From Blastocatellia bacterium (GTDB lineage: Bacteria; Acidobacteriota; Blastocatellia; Chloracidobacteriales; JADJPF01): 64,000 nt of DNA. Below the pieces are notes generated by a model. The model did no database searches, was not told the origin of the DNA, and saw only the letters and a program-made list of their open reading frames with translations. The position numbers were made by a program, and so were the translations under genes. This document shows positions 9,486 through 17,681 of the stretch, in pieces (positions within the stretch are counted from its first letter, which is position 1; each line of letters begins with the position of its first letter). The stretch is taken from positions 62,878 through 126,877 of the forward strand of contig JBDIBI010000015.1 of NCBI GenBank assembly GCA_039812885.1. Direction: 5' to 3'.

Positions 9486-11081
9486 ATGATTAGAAAATCG
9501 AAAGAAGCAAAAATAGCAGAAGAATATATCAAGAAACTAGAGTCAGTTGGATGGTTTGTAGATTTCCCTAAAGAACTAAAAGAGATAATAGAAAAGCAAA
9601 TAAAGAAAGATAAGAAAAGACGTCCAGATTTATGTTTACCAGGAACGGTAGTAAACTTAGAATCTGCAAGTTGTGAAGGGGTTTACAAAGAAATAATATT
9701 GCAACTTTCCAAAAACTCCTACAATCTCTTTAAGCCCACTTCTGTTACAGAAAAATGGATAGATCTACCAGAAGGAACATTAGTTGAAGTTATTATTGCC
9801 GTTGGAGGCAAAGAATATGCTCATGATTGGATAGCAAAGGGTAGTTATGTTGATGAAAACTTTGACTATCTAATGAGAGAAGTAATAGAAAGAGTTAGTC
9901 CTAATCTCACTTTAGGAACAATTTGGTTAGGCGAACAACAAGTCCTCTATTTAGTTTGTAACAAAGCTGCCTACTTAAAAGCACTAAAACAAGGGTTATT
10001 TTTATCTAGCTACCAAGATATGAATTTTTCTGAAGAAGCAATTAATGCTTTATTAGCTCGTTTTCAGGATAAAAAATCTGCCCTACGTTTGCAAGCAGGA
10101 GCTTTTCTTCAACTTTGGTTTGATTTTGGAAGCTTTAACTTTGAATGTGCCAAAGCTTTTCAAACCTCTCTAAAAGACAGAGACAAAGCTGTTAAATTAA
10201 TGGCTACAGCTTTTGTTGAAAAATATGGTGAAGAAATAGAAAAACATAAAGAAGAACTAAAAAATAGTATCTTTGTTAGAACAGGTTTCAAAGCTCAAGC
10301 AGGTTATTGTAGATGTAAGGATCAAGCTACATTTAATGCACGAACTCAAGCAGCAGCAGAATACATTAGTAAGCTAACTGAAGTAGGTTGGTTTGATGGC
10401 TTACCCAAAACAATAAAAGAAATAATAGAAGAAGAAATAGTAGATGATGATTATCAACGCCCTGATTTATGCCTACCAGGTTTATATGAATATCTAGACT
10501 GTGTTGATAGACCAGGGATCCACAAAGCTTTGATTGAAACCTTAGTTGAACGTTCCTTAAGAATTTTTAACCCTGAACAGGTTGAAGAAAAATGGACTAA
10601 AACAAACCAAATTAATTTAACCATTAAAGTTAATGGCAATAAATATTCTTCTAGCTGGAAACAAGAAGACCAAGTCCTAGATAGTAATTTTGAAAACCTA
10701 TTAAAACAAGCTATAGAAGCTAGTAATCCCAACTTAACATTAGGAACCATTTGTCCAGGTGATGATGGAAAGCTTTTCTTAATTTGCAACAAATCAGCCT
10801 ATCAAAAAGCTTTGGAAAAGGGATTGTTTGTAACATTTGAGAATAATAAACTAAGCCTTACCCAAGAAGGTCTTGATAACCTAAAAAGTATTTTTAGTAA
10901 TCCTAAATCTGCCTTGCGGTTGTTTTCCGCTGAGCTTTTAACTCTTTGGTTACAAACTGGGAATTACCAAGATCAAGATCTAGATGTTTTCCGAGATGCA
11001 TTTACAGATCCAAATGAAAACATTAGAAAAGTAGCTAAAAAATTAGTAACTAGATTTGGGAAAGTTTATACAATCAACTAA
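9486..11081 (+). CDS. Hypothetical protein built from two tandem ~265-aa homologous halves (internal duplication)
   Basis: Residues ~10-265 and ~280-531 align with each other: 'VGWFVDFPKELKEIIEKQIKKDKKRRPDLCLPG' vs 'VGWFDGLPKTIKEIIEEEIVDDDYQRPDLCLPG'; 'NPNLTLGTIWLGEQQVLYLVCNKAAYLKALKQGLF' vs 'NPNLTLGTICPGDDGKLFLICNKSAYQKALEKGLF'; 'KSALRLQAGAFLQLWFDFG' vs 'KSALRLFSAELLTLWLQTG'. I recognise no known domain. Confidence 0.55.
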   Translation: MIRKSKEAKIAEEYIKKLESVGWFVDFPKELKEIIEKQIKKDKKRRPDLCLPGTVVNLESASCEGVYKEIILQLSKNSYNLFKPTSVTEKWIDLPEGTLVEVIIAVGGKEYAHDWIAKGSYVDENFDYLMREVIERVSPNLTLGTIWLGEQQVLYLVCNKAAYLKALKQGLFLSSYQDMNFSEEAINALLARFQDKKSALRLQAGAFLQLWFDFGSFNFECAKAFQTSLKDRDKAVKLMATAFVEKYGEEIEKHKEELKNSIFVRTGFKAQAGYCRCKDQATFNARTQAAAEYISKLTEVGWFDGLPKTIKEIIEEEIVDDDYQRPDLCLPGLYEYLDCVDRPGIHKALIETLVERSLRIFNPEQVEEKWTKTNQINLTIKVNGNKYSSSWKQEDQVLDSNFENLLKQAIEASNPNLTLGTICPGDDGKLFLICNKSAYQKALEKGLFVTFENNKLSLTQEGLDNLKSIFSNPKSALRLFSAELLTLWLQTGNYQDQDLDVFRDAFTDPNENIRKVAKKLVTRFGKVYTIN

Positions 11082-11136
11082 TAAAAATACTAAGTATTTT
11101 TATTACTTATTTATAACATAGTGGGTTTTCTTTCTC

Positions 11137-12423
11137 ATGGGACGAAAAAAATTTAAAACATCGCGATCCCGCCGTGAACCTACTTCAGAACGCTCTTTTT
11201 ATGAAAAGCTGTTTACTGAAGATCATCCTAGGCTAGAACATTTAGATCTACTAAACTTAATTCGTGGTGGTGAGGATTCTTATTTAGAATTAAAAGTTCG
11301 TCTTACCAACAACGAAAAAATAATCTCAGAAATAGTTGCACTTGCCAATTCTGGAGGAGGAGCAATTATCTTTGGAGTCAATGATAATCGTTATATCGAA
11401 GGATTAGACGATCCAGAGCAAGTAGAAGAAGAAATACGTGAAATTTGTCGCACACAAATAACACCACCTATTTGGCCTTACATTGATAAAGTAGCCTTTG
11501 ATAATGGCCGTAGAATTATTGTTTTAGACATAAACGAACGTCGTGCCCCTCATTATGCTTTTGATCACCGCTATTATATTCGAGAAGGCTCCAGCATACG
11601 CGAAGCCCGTGCTGAAGAAGTAACCAAGCTTTTTGCCAAATTTAAAACTAACAGATATGAATCTATTCCCTTGTTTAATACAACAATTGAAAATATTGAT
11701 GAAGCCTTTGTTTGGTCTTACATTCGAGATTTACAAGGCGAACTGTTTAATAAAAATGGCAATTATCCTACTGGTCAAGTAATGCGTGATATGCAATTAG
11801 CTGTAGAGCATTCTGACAAAATAATTCCAACTGTCGCAGGAATGTTACTCTTTGGTTATAACAATCAAATAGAAAAACTTTTCCCTCGTAGCTCTCTACA
11901 AATACAACGAGTTTCTGGAGATACCTCAAATTCTCCTATCATTGAAAAAACTCTTTTTATTGGTAACTTAGCTTCCCTTTTTGAAAAATCTATAGGGTTT
12001 ATCTCTCGGTATGTTGATTTATGGGATAACACTAGTATCCCTAGATCTAAAAGAGCTACCCAAATAACTGCTCGCTCAAATTATAGTCGTCCAGTAATTA
12101 TAGAAGCATTAACTAATGCATTAGTACACAAAGATTATTGCGTAAGAGAACAGCCAATTAAAATAACGATTTATGATTCTCGTATTGAAATTAGCAACGT
12201 TTGTATTGCAAATGAGCTTTCTCGCAAAGGTTTAGAGTTCTATGGAGTAGTAAATGCAGCAAATCAGCATTTAAAGGCTATTTTTAAATCATTTGCTTAT
12301 GGGTTAAATACTTCCACTGGAGGAATTCCAGTAATGAGACAATTAGCCTATCGTGTAAGTGGTCAACAATTAAAGATAAATATTATTCAAGAAGAATTTA
12401 AGGTTGAAATTATGGGTTGTTAG
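11137..12423 (+). CDS. ATP-binding protein with an AlbA_2 (Schlafen-like 'divergent AAA') N-domain and a HATPase_c_4-like C-domain; putative regulator
   Basis: 'YLELKVRLTNNEKIISEIVALANSGGGAIIFGVNDN' matches the AlbA_2 core. The C-terminal 'IIEALTNALVHKDY' matches the HATPase_c_4 signature. It sits 55 bp downstream of, and co-oriented with, the duplicated-halves gene. Confidence 0.6.
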   Translation: MGRKKFKTSRSRREPTSERSFYEKLFTEDHPRLEHLDLLNLIRGGEDSYLELKVRLTNNEKIISEIVALANSGGGAIIFGVNDNRYIEGLDDPEQVEEEIREICRTQITPPIWPYIDKVAFDNGRRIIVLDINERRAPHYAFDHRYYIREGSSIREARAEEVTKLFAKFKTNRYESIPLFNTTIENIDEAFVWSYIRDLQGELFNKNGNYPTGQVMRDMQLAVEHSDKIIPTVAGMLLFGYNNQIEKLFPRSSLQIQRVSGDTSNSPIIEKTLFIGNLASLFEKSIGFISRYVDLWDNTSIPRSKRATQITARSNYSRPVIIEALTNALVHKDYCVREQPIKITIYDSRIEISNVCIANELSRKGLEFYGVVNAANQHLKAIFKSFAYGLNTSTGGIPVMRQLAYRVSGQQLKINIIQEEFKVEIMGC

Positions 12424-12424
12424 A

Positions 12425-12468
12425 ATTTTATTTGAGAGCACAAAAAAATTCATACTCTCAAATAAAAT
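12425..12468. terminator. Bidirectional terminator hairpin between convergent genes
   Basis: Perfect 14-bp inverted repeat attttatttgagag / ctctcaaataaaat (12425-12438 / 12455-12468) with a 16-nt loop. Confidence 0.45.
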
Positions 12469-12473
12469 CTTAC

Positions 12474-13817
12474 TTAGGCTGCTGTTGTATTGCTACTAGG
12501 CAGTAACCCTTTGATGTCACGCACTGTACGTTTAACAACTTCTTCATCTGCAACAGCCATCATTATGAACTCATAACCATTGTGAATACAAATTAGGCCA
12601 TTAGAAAAAAGCCAAACGGTTTTTAGCATAGGATCATCACCTAGTAAAATATCTATAGGAAACCCAACAATTCTATCAGGAGAAAAGATTTCTGCCCAAA
12701 TAGCTACACCAGCAGCTAAATTAAAAGCTCCTAATAAAGGAGCTCCAACATATTTAGCAGCAGATCGCTGAAATTCTATTCTTTGGCGTTCTGCTTCTGT
12801 TAAGTGGCCTGCCTTAATTAAGGTTTCTTGTTCTTTCAAGTAGTCTAAATATTTTTCTGAAAGTTTGCGGCTACCATAAGCTAAAAGAGCCGATCGGAAA
12901 AACCAATGACCTTTTGCGCCAAGAACTACTACATCAAATTTAGGAAACTGACTACCCACACCAAATCCTAAGAGCAAGGAAAAACTTGCTAAAGCGGCTT
13001 TAGCAGGGTTTTCTTTAGCCCAGACTATAGCAGCATTTACAGTATCAGAAATCGATCCAGCAGCACGATTAGCAGACTGAGCAAAGCTATAAGCGTCACT
13101 AGCTTTTTGGTAGTAATCTCGTGCTTTTTCCTGATAATCATGTGCTTTTTCACGAGCCTTTTCACTATAATCTTTGGCTGTTTCCCAGGCTTTTCCTCCA
13201 AGATCTTTAGCTGTTTCACTGGCCTTTTGTCCTAAATCACTAGCTACTTCCCGGATCTTTTCTCCATAGTCTTTAGCTACTTCAGCAGCTTCACGAGTCT
13301 TTTCACCTAAATCAGTTGCTACGGTATTGGCTTTTTCACCTAACCCTAAACTATCCGCTACAGTGCTAGCTTTTTCACCTAAATTCTCAACTACAGCACT
13401 AGCTTTTTCTGTTATCTCACTTGCCACAGTATTAGCTTTTTCTGTTCCAGATTTAACAACTTGTTCTGCTATTTCTGTTCCAGATTTAACCGTTTGACTA
13501 GCAGTTTCTGCACTAGAACGAAGTGTTTGCTCAGCTTTTTCACGGGCTTGTTTTACATTTTCTTTAATATTTTCTGTAATCTTGTGTTCTTGATCTAGTC
13601 GCTCAAACTCACGCTGAGCATTTTGGGCACTATTTGAGACAGCATCATAACTAGCACGGGCAACATCTCCAACAGTTTCTGCACCAGTGCGAACTACATC
13701 ACTTGCACTTTTTAAACTTTCGTCTATGCGATCTTTGATCTTGTATTTTTCTTCTAGCTCTTTTGCTTTTTCTTGTGCCTTGCGACGCCACTCATCAAAC
13801 TTATCTGTATAACTCAT
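12474..13817 (-). CDS. Protein with ~13 tandem 11-residue amphipathic-helix repeats (LEA/apolipoprotein/perilipin-like) and a hydrophobic C-terminal domain
   Basis: Repeats such as 'TVKSGTEIAEQ VVKSGTEKANT VASEITEKASA VVENLGEKAST ... TAKDLGGKAWE TAKDYSEKARE KAHDYQEKARD'. The C-terminal ~170 aa have two hydrophobic segments. Confidence 0.55.
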   Translation of the reverse strand: MSYTDKFDEWRRKAQEKAKELEEKYKIKDRIDESLKSASDVVRTGAETVGDVARASYDAVSNSAQNAQREFERLDQEHKITENIKENVKQAREKAEQTLRSSAETASQTVKSGTEIAEQVVKSGTEKANTVASEITEKASAVVENLGEKASTVADSLGLGEKANTVATDLGEKTREAAEVAKDYGEKIREVASDLGQKASETAKDLGGKAWETAKDYSEKAREKAHDYQEKARDYYQKASDAYSFAQSANRAAGSISDTVNAAIVWAKENPAKAALASFSLLLGFGVGSQFPKFDVVVLGAKGHWFFRSALLAYGSRKLSEKYLDYLKEQETLIKAGHLTEAERQRIEFQRSAAKYVGAPLLGAFNLAAGVAIWAEIFSPDRIVGFPIDILLGDDPMLKTVWLFSNGLICIHNGYEFIMMAVADEEVVKRTVRDIKGLLPSSNTTAA

Positions 13818-14199
13818 TTATTGCCTCCAAATTAGTGAAAATTTTTTAGTGTGGCAAATTATTTTTTATGTTATTAAAAATATAGGATTTTTTCTTCTAT
13901 TCAGCTAGTTACTTTAACGATTATTATATAATGGTAGGTTTTGAGAAACTAGCAACTTTTCAGCAACTGCTTTTAGTAGCAGCTTAAATCCGTTATATAG
14001 AGAAAAGGCTTGAAACAAAGCTTTGGCGTGTGATATATATTCACGTCACCTGAAAGTTAAATTTTGTAGAAAAACATCCAAAATAAAACTAAGTCAAATA
14101 GCAAAAGTTGACTAAAACAACTAAACTTTTTGTAACTTGGTTTCTATAGCAATCAAGCTGAGCAACTGTTTGCCATTTCAATCTTGAGGTTAAACTAGA

Positions 14200-14694
14200 A
14201 TGCCAAATTCTGTGGTAATGTATGAAACAGAGTACCAACAAATTAAATCTATCATTGCAAAACTTTGTGACGATGCTAATGCCAAGATGGTCTTCCTCGT
14301 AGATAAAAATGGTCAACAAATAGCTTCTCATGGAGAGATCGGCAATATAGATACTACTTCACTAGCTTCTTTGACAGCTGGTAATGTAGCAGCTACTGAC
14401 GGTTTAGCTCGATTAATTGGAGAAAAAGAATTTCCTGTTCTCTCTCACGAAGGAGAGAAGGATAATATTCATATCTCTATTGTTGCCCAACGGGTAATTT
14501 TGGTGGTAATCTTCGATGAACGTTCTAGTTTGGGGTTGGTACGATTGCGGGTTAAACGCGCTTCTAATGAACTTACTGATGTATTTGAGTCAATTGTCCG
14601 CAAGGTAGAACAACAAAAAGAACAAGGGGTAGAGCTAGATTCGCCATTTGCTGAAATTACGGATGAAGATATTGATAATCTTTTCCGTGAGTAG
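14200..14694 (+). CDS. mglB: Roadblock/LC7-domain protein, MglB-like GTPase-activating protein
   Basis: 164 aa with the Roadblock fold pattern (KMVFLVDKNGQQIASHG...ISIVAQRVILVVIFDE). Sits 69 bp upstream of an unmistakable mglA. Confidence 0.75.
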   Translation: MPNSVVMYETEYQQIKSIIAKLCDDANAKMVFLVDKNGQQIASHGEIGNIDTTSLASLTAGNVAATDGLARLIGEKEFPVLSHEGEKDNIHISIVAQRVILVVIFDERSSLGLVRLRVKRASNELTDVFESIVRKVEQQKEQGVELDSPFAEITDEDIDNLFRE

Positions 14695-14763
14695 TTTTAG
14701 CGGGGCTTTTCTGTCAAAATAACAATAAACCATAATTCAATCTTTAAGTAAGGGTTTCTAAAC

Positions 14764-15354
14764 TTGACATTCATAAACTACGCTTCTCGGGAAATTAATT
14801 GTAAAATCGTTTACTATGGCCCTGGCTTGGGTGGTAAAACTACCAACTTGCAGTATATCTATGATACTACTGCACCACAAGCGAAAGGCAAACTTATTAG
14901 TTTGGCAACTGAAACTGATCGTACGCTCTTTTTTGACTTCTTGCCTTTAGAACTAGGCACGGTACGTGGTTTTAAGACACGCTTTCATCTTTACACTGTA
15001 CCTGGTCAAGTTTTCTATGATGCTTCCCGTAAGTTAATCCTTAAAGGGGTTGATGGGGTTGTGTTTGTGGCTGATAGCCAAACAGAACGTATGGATGCCA
15101 ACATTGAATCACTCTGGAACTTAGAAAATAATCTTAAGGCTCAAGGGTATGATTTAATGAAAATTCCTTATGTCCTTCAACTTAACAAACGTGACTTACC
15201 AAATGTTATGGGTATGGATGAGTTGAAGCGCGAGCTGATGCGCAAAGGCGAGCCTGTTTTTGAAGCAGTTGCTTATAAGGGAGTTGGCGTTTTTGATACC
15301 TTAAAAGCAGTAGCTAAACAGGTCCTAGTTGAGTTAAAGAAGGGCAGCGGCTAA
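14764..15354 (+). CDS. mglA: Ras-like small GTPase MglA (cell polarity/motility GTPase)
   Basis: 'MTFINYASREINCKIVYYGPGLGGKTTNLQYIY...TETDRTLFFDFLP...FHLYTVPGQVFYDASRKLILKGVDGVVFVADSQ...LQLNKRDL...VGVFDTLKAVAKQVL' is near-identical in pattern to Myxococcus MglA. P-loop GPGLGGKTT; NKRD. TTG start. Confidence 0.9.
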   Translation: MTFINYASREINCKIVYYGPGLGGKTTNLQYIYDTTAPQAKGKLISLATETDRTLFFDFLPLELGTVRGFKTRFHLYTVPGQVFYDASRKLILKGVDGVVFVADSQTERMDANIESLWNLENNLKAQGYDLMKIPYVLQLNKRDLPNVMGMDELKRELMRKGEPVFEAVAYKGVGVFDTLKAVAKQVLVELKKGSG

Positions 15355-15578
15355 GGTATACAGATTTTTAATGTAGAAGAAAGAAAAAGACTCTTAATTA
15401 AAAGCTTTGGCTTTTGGGGGTTCTTTTGCCTCCTTTTTGGAAGTCTTTTGCTGTAATTGCTTCTCTCAAGGTCTTTTGCTTTCTTTTATATAGCTGTATC
15501 TTTAAACGGCTTTCTACTATACTCTTATTTTGTTTCTACCTTAGAGTTTTTCTTAAAGTAACAATACTTTTTCCATCA

Positions 15579-16529
15579 TTACCCCAATCTGTCTTTATAC
15601 CACCTTACAAAATTAGCTAAACCTGTTTTAAGATCCACTTTAGGTTCAAACCCTAGTTCCCTTTGAGCTAAACTAATATCTGCAAAAGTAACTGGTACAT
15701 CTCCTAGCTGATCTTCTAAAAATTTTAACTTTGCTTTTTTCCCTATAACTTCTTCTATAATAGAAATCAAATCACTTAAACTTATAGGTGAAGATTCTCC
15801 TAAATTATAAATCATAAAAGGGTTTGGCTTGTCTAAAGCAGCAATTACACCATTAACAATATCATCAATATAAGTATAATCCCTCTTAGAATTTCCATCT
15901 CCATATACTTCAATTACTTCATCATTAATAACTTTACGAACAAATTTATGTATTCCCATTTCTGGTCTTTGACGTGGACCATAAACAGTAAAAAATCTTA
16001 GGCAAGTTATAGGTATCTTATAAAGATAAGAATAATTAAATGCAAGCAATTCTCCTGTGCGTTTAGTAGTAGCATAAGGAGAAATAGGTTGGTTTATAGG
16101 ATCATTTTCAGAGAAAGGTAATTTACTATTAATTCCATATACTGATGAAGAAGAAGCAAAAACAAAATTTTTTACTGGAAATTCTCTACACAATTCCAGT
16201 AAATTCAATGTACCAATTACATTTACTTCCTCATATAAAATAGGAGACAAAAGAGAAGGTCTAACACCAGCACGAGCAGCTAGATGAATAATGGCATCTG
16301 GTTTTATTTGATAAAAAACCTCTCGCATCTTTTTAGCATCACGAATATCATATTGATAAAAGTTATAGTTACCAGTTTTGCTAATATCTTTTAGGTTATT
16401 ATGTTTGATACTTGGAGAATAGAAATCATTCAAGTCATCAACTATTGTAACTTGATCCCCTCTTTTTAAGAGGGTTTCACAAACATGTGAGCCAATAAAA
16501 CCAGCTCCTCCTGTAACTAGAACCTGCAT
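15579..16529 (-). CDS. NAD-dependent nucleotide-sugar epimerase/dehydratase (UDP-glucuronate 4-epimerase-like)
   Basis: 'MQVLVTGGAGFIGSH' Rossmann motif. 'YATTKRTGE' is the YxxxK catalytic region. 'RFFTVYGPRQRPEM' is typical of UDP-GlcA epimerases. Confidence 0.8.
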   Translation of the reverse strand: MQVLVTGGAGFIGSHVCETLLKRGDQVTIVDDLNDFYSPSIKHNNLKDISKTGNYNFYQYDIRDAKKMREVFYQIKPDAIIHLAARAGVRPSLLSPILYEEVNVIGTLNLLELCREFPVKNFVFASSSSVYGINSKLPFSENDPINQPISPYATTKRTGELLAFNYSYLYKIPITCLRFFTVYGPRQRPEMGIHKFVRKVINDEVIEVYGDGNSKRDYTYIDDIVNGVIAALDKPNPFMIYNLGESSPISLSDLISIIEEVIGKKAKLKFLEDQLGDVPVTFADISLAQRELGFEPKVDLKTGLANFVRWYKDRLG

Positions 16530-16647
16530 AATTATCTCCTTATGGTATAATTATAAAAAGCTTTTCAACTTTATCATATAAATAGGCTAAATACCCTTTT
16601 ATCTTAATAAGCAAATCTATTTATAAGGCTATTTTAGAGGAAAATAA

Positions 16648-17676
16648 ATGAAGTCTAGTCCTTGGCAAGGCTTGGCAGCTATGTCTACATTAGAAACTAA
16701 ACCTTCAACAATACCTAAAATTTCTATTATAATCCCTGTTTATAATGAAGAAGAAAATGTAGAAAACTTGCACCAACGCCTTTCTGAGGTTATGGAGCAA
16801 ATAAAAATTGACTATGAAATCATTTATGTTGATGATGGAAGTCGAGATCAAAGTTTTTCTCTCTTAGAAAAAGTGGCTGCTAATGATGTGCGAATCAAAT
16901 TAGTTAAATTTCGCAAAAATTATGGGCAAACAGCAGCAATGTCCGCAGCAATTGATGTATCACAAGGAGAAATAATTATTCCACTAGATGCTGATTTACA
17001 AAATGACCCTTGTGATATTCCTAATTTGTTAAAAAAGATAGAAGAAGGTTATGATGTAGTTAGTGGTTGGCGCAAACACCGTCAGGATACTTTTATAACT
17101 CGCAAATTACCTTCTGTGTTAGCTAATCGCTTAATCTCAATTGTAACAGGTGTTTATCTACATGATTATGGTTGTAGCTTAAAAGCTTACCGCGCTGAAA
17201 TCATTAAAGATGTTCGTCTTTATGGAGAAATGCATCGTTTTATTCCAGCTTTTTGTGTCTTAGAAGGAGCAAAAGTTACAGAAATTCCTGTCAACCACCA
17301 TCCTAGAATTGCAGGAAAAAGTAAGTACGGGCTTTCCCGCACTGTAAAAGTCTTTTTAGACTTAATGGTAGTTAAATTCTTAGGTGATTATGCTAAACGC
17401 CCAATACATATTTTTGGGACAATAGGGCTTTTATTGTGTGGTGGTGGAATACTAAGTGGACTAGTTACTTTATATGAGAAGTTTTCAAACTCAGCAGTAT
17501 ATGTTCACCGTAATCCATTAATTCTATTAGCTGTGTTTCTTTTTTTAGTAGGGATACAATTTATTATGGTGGGGCTTTTAGCAGAACTAATAATCCGTAC
17601 CTATCATGAATCTCAAGGTAAGAAAATTTACACTATTGCTAAAACTGTTAATTTGCCAAAAATTTCTAACTTATAA
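16648..17676 (+). CDS. GT2-family polyprenyl-phosphate glycosyltransferase (ArnC/GtrB/DPM1-like) with C-terminal TM helices
   Basis: 'ISIIIPVYNEEENV', 'EIIYVDDGSRDQS', 'DADLQNDP' (the DxD motif). Two C-terminal hydrophobic helices. Confidence 0.8.
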   Translation: MKSSPWQGLAAMSTLETKPSTIPKISIIIPVYNEEENVENLHQRLSEVMEQIKIDYEIIYVDDGSRDQSFSLLEKVAANDVRIKLVKFRKNYGQTAAMSAAIDVSQGEIIIPLDADLQNDPCDIPNLLKKIEEGYDVVSGWRKHRQDTFITRKLPSVLANRLISIVTGVYLHDYGCSLKAYRAEIIKDVRLYGEMHRFIPAFCVLEGAKVTEIPVNHHPRIAGKSKYGLSRTVKVFLDLMVVKFLGDYAKRPIHIFGTIGLLLCGGGILSGLVTLYEKFSNSAVYVHRNPLILLAVFLFLVGIQFIMVGLLAELIIRTYHESQGKKIYTIAKTVNLPKISNL

Positions 17677-17681
17677 AATAA

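Noticed and set aside
11085-11106. AT-only inverted repeat aaaaatact-a-agtattttt after gene 9486-11081
   Set aside because: The hairpin has a one-nucleotide loop and a pure A/T stem. It is too weak to call as a terminator, and the two genes are probably co-transcribed.
13037-14331. ORFs 13037-13219 (-) and 14089-14331 (-)
   Set aside because: The first is an alternate frame inside the 11-mer-repeat gene. The second overlaps the mglB start and promoter region. Neither has a motif or an RBS.
15414-15620. ORF 15414-15620 (+), 68 aa, and a weak hairpin at ~15402-15416
   Set aside because: This is low-complexity Leu/Phe-rich translation of the AT-rich convergent intergenic spacer with no RBS. 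The hairpin stem (aaagc/gcttt) is too short to call.
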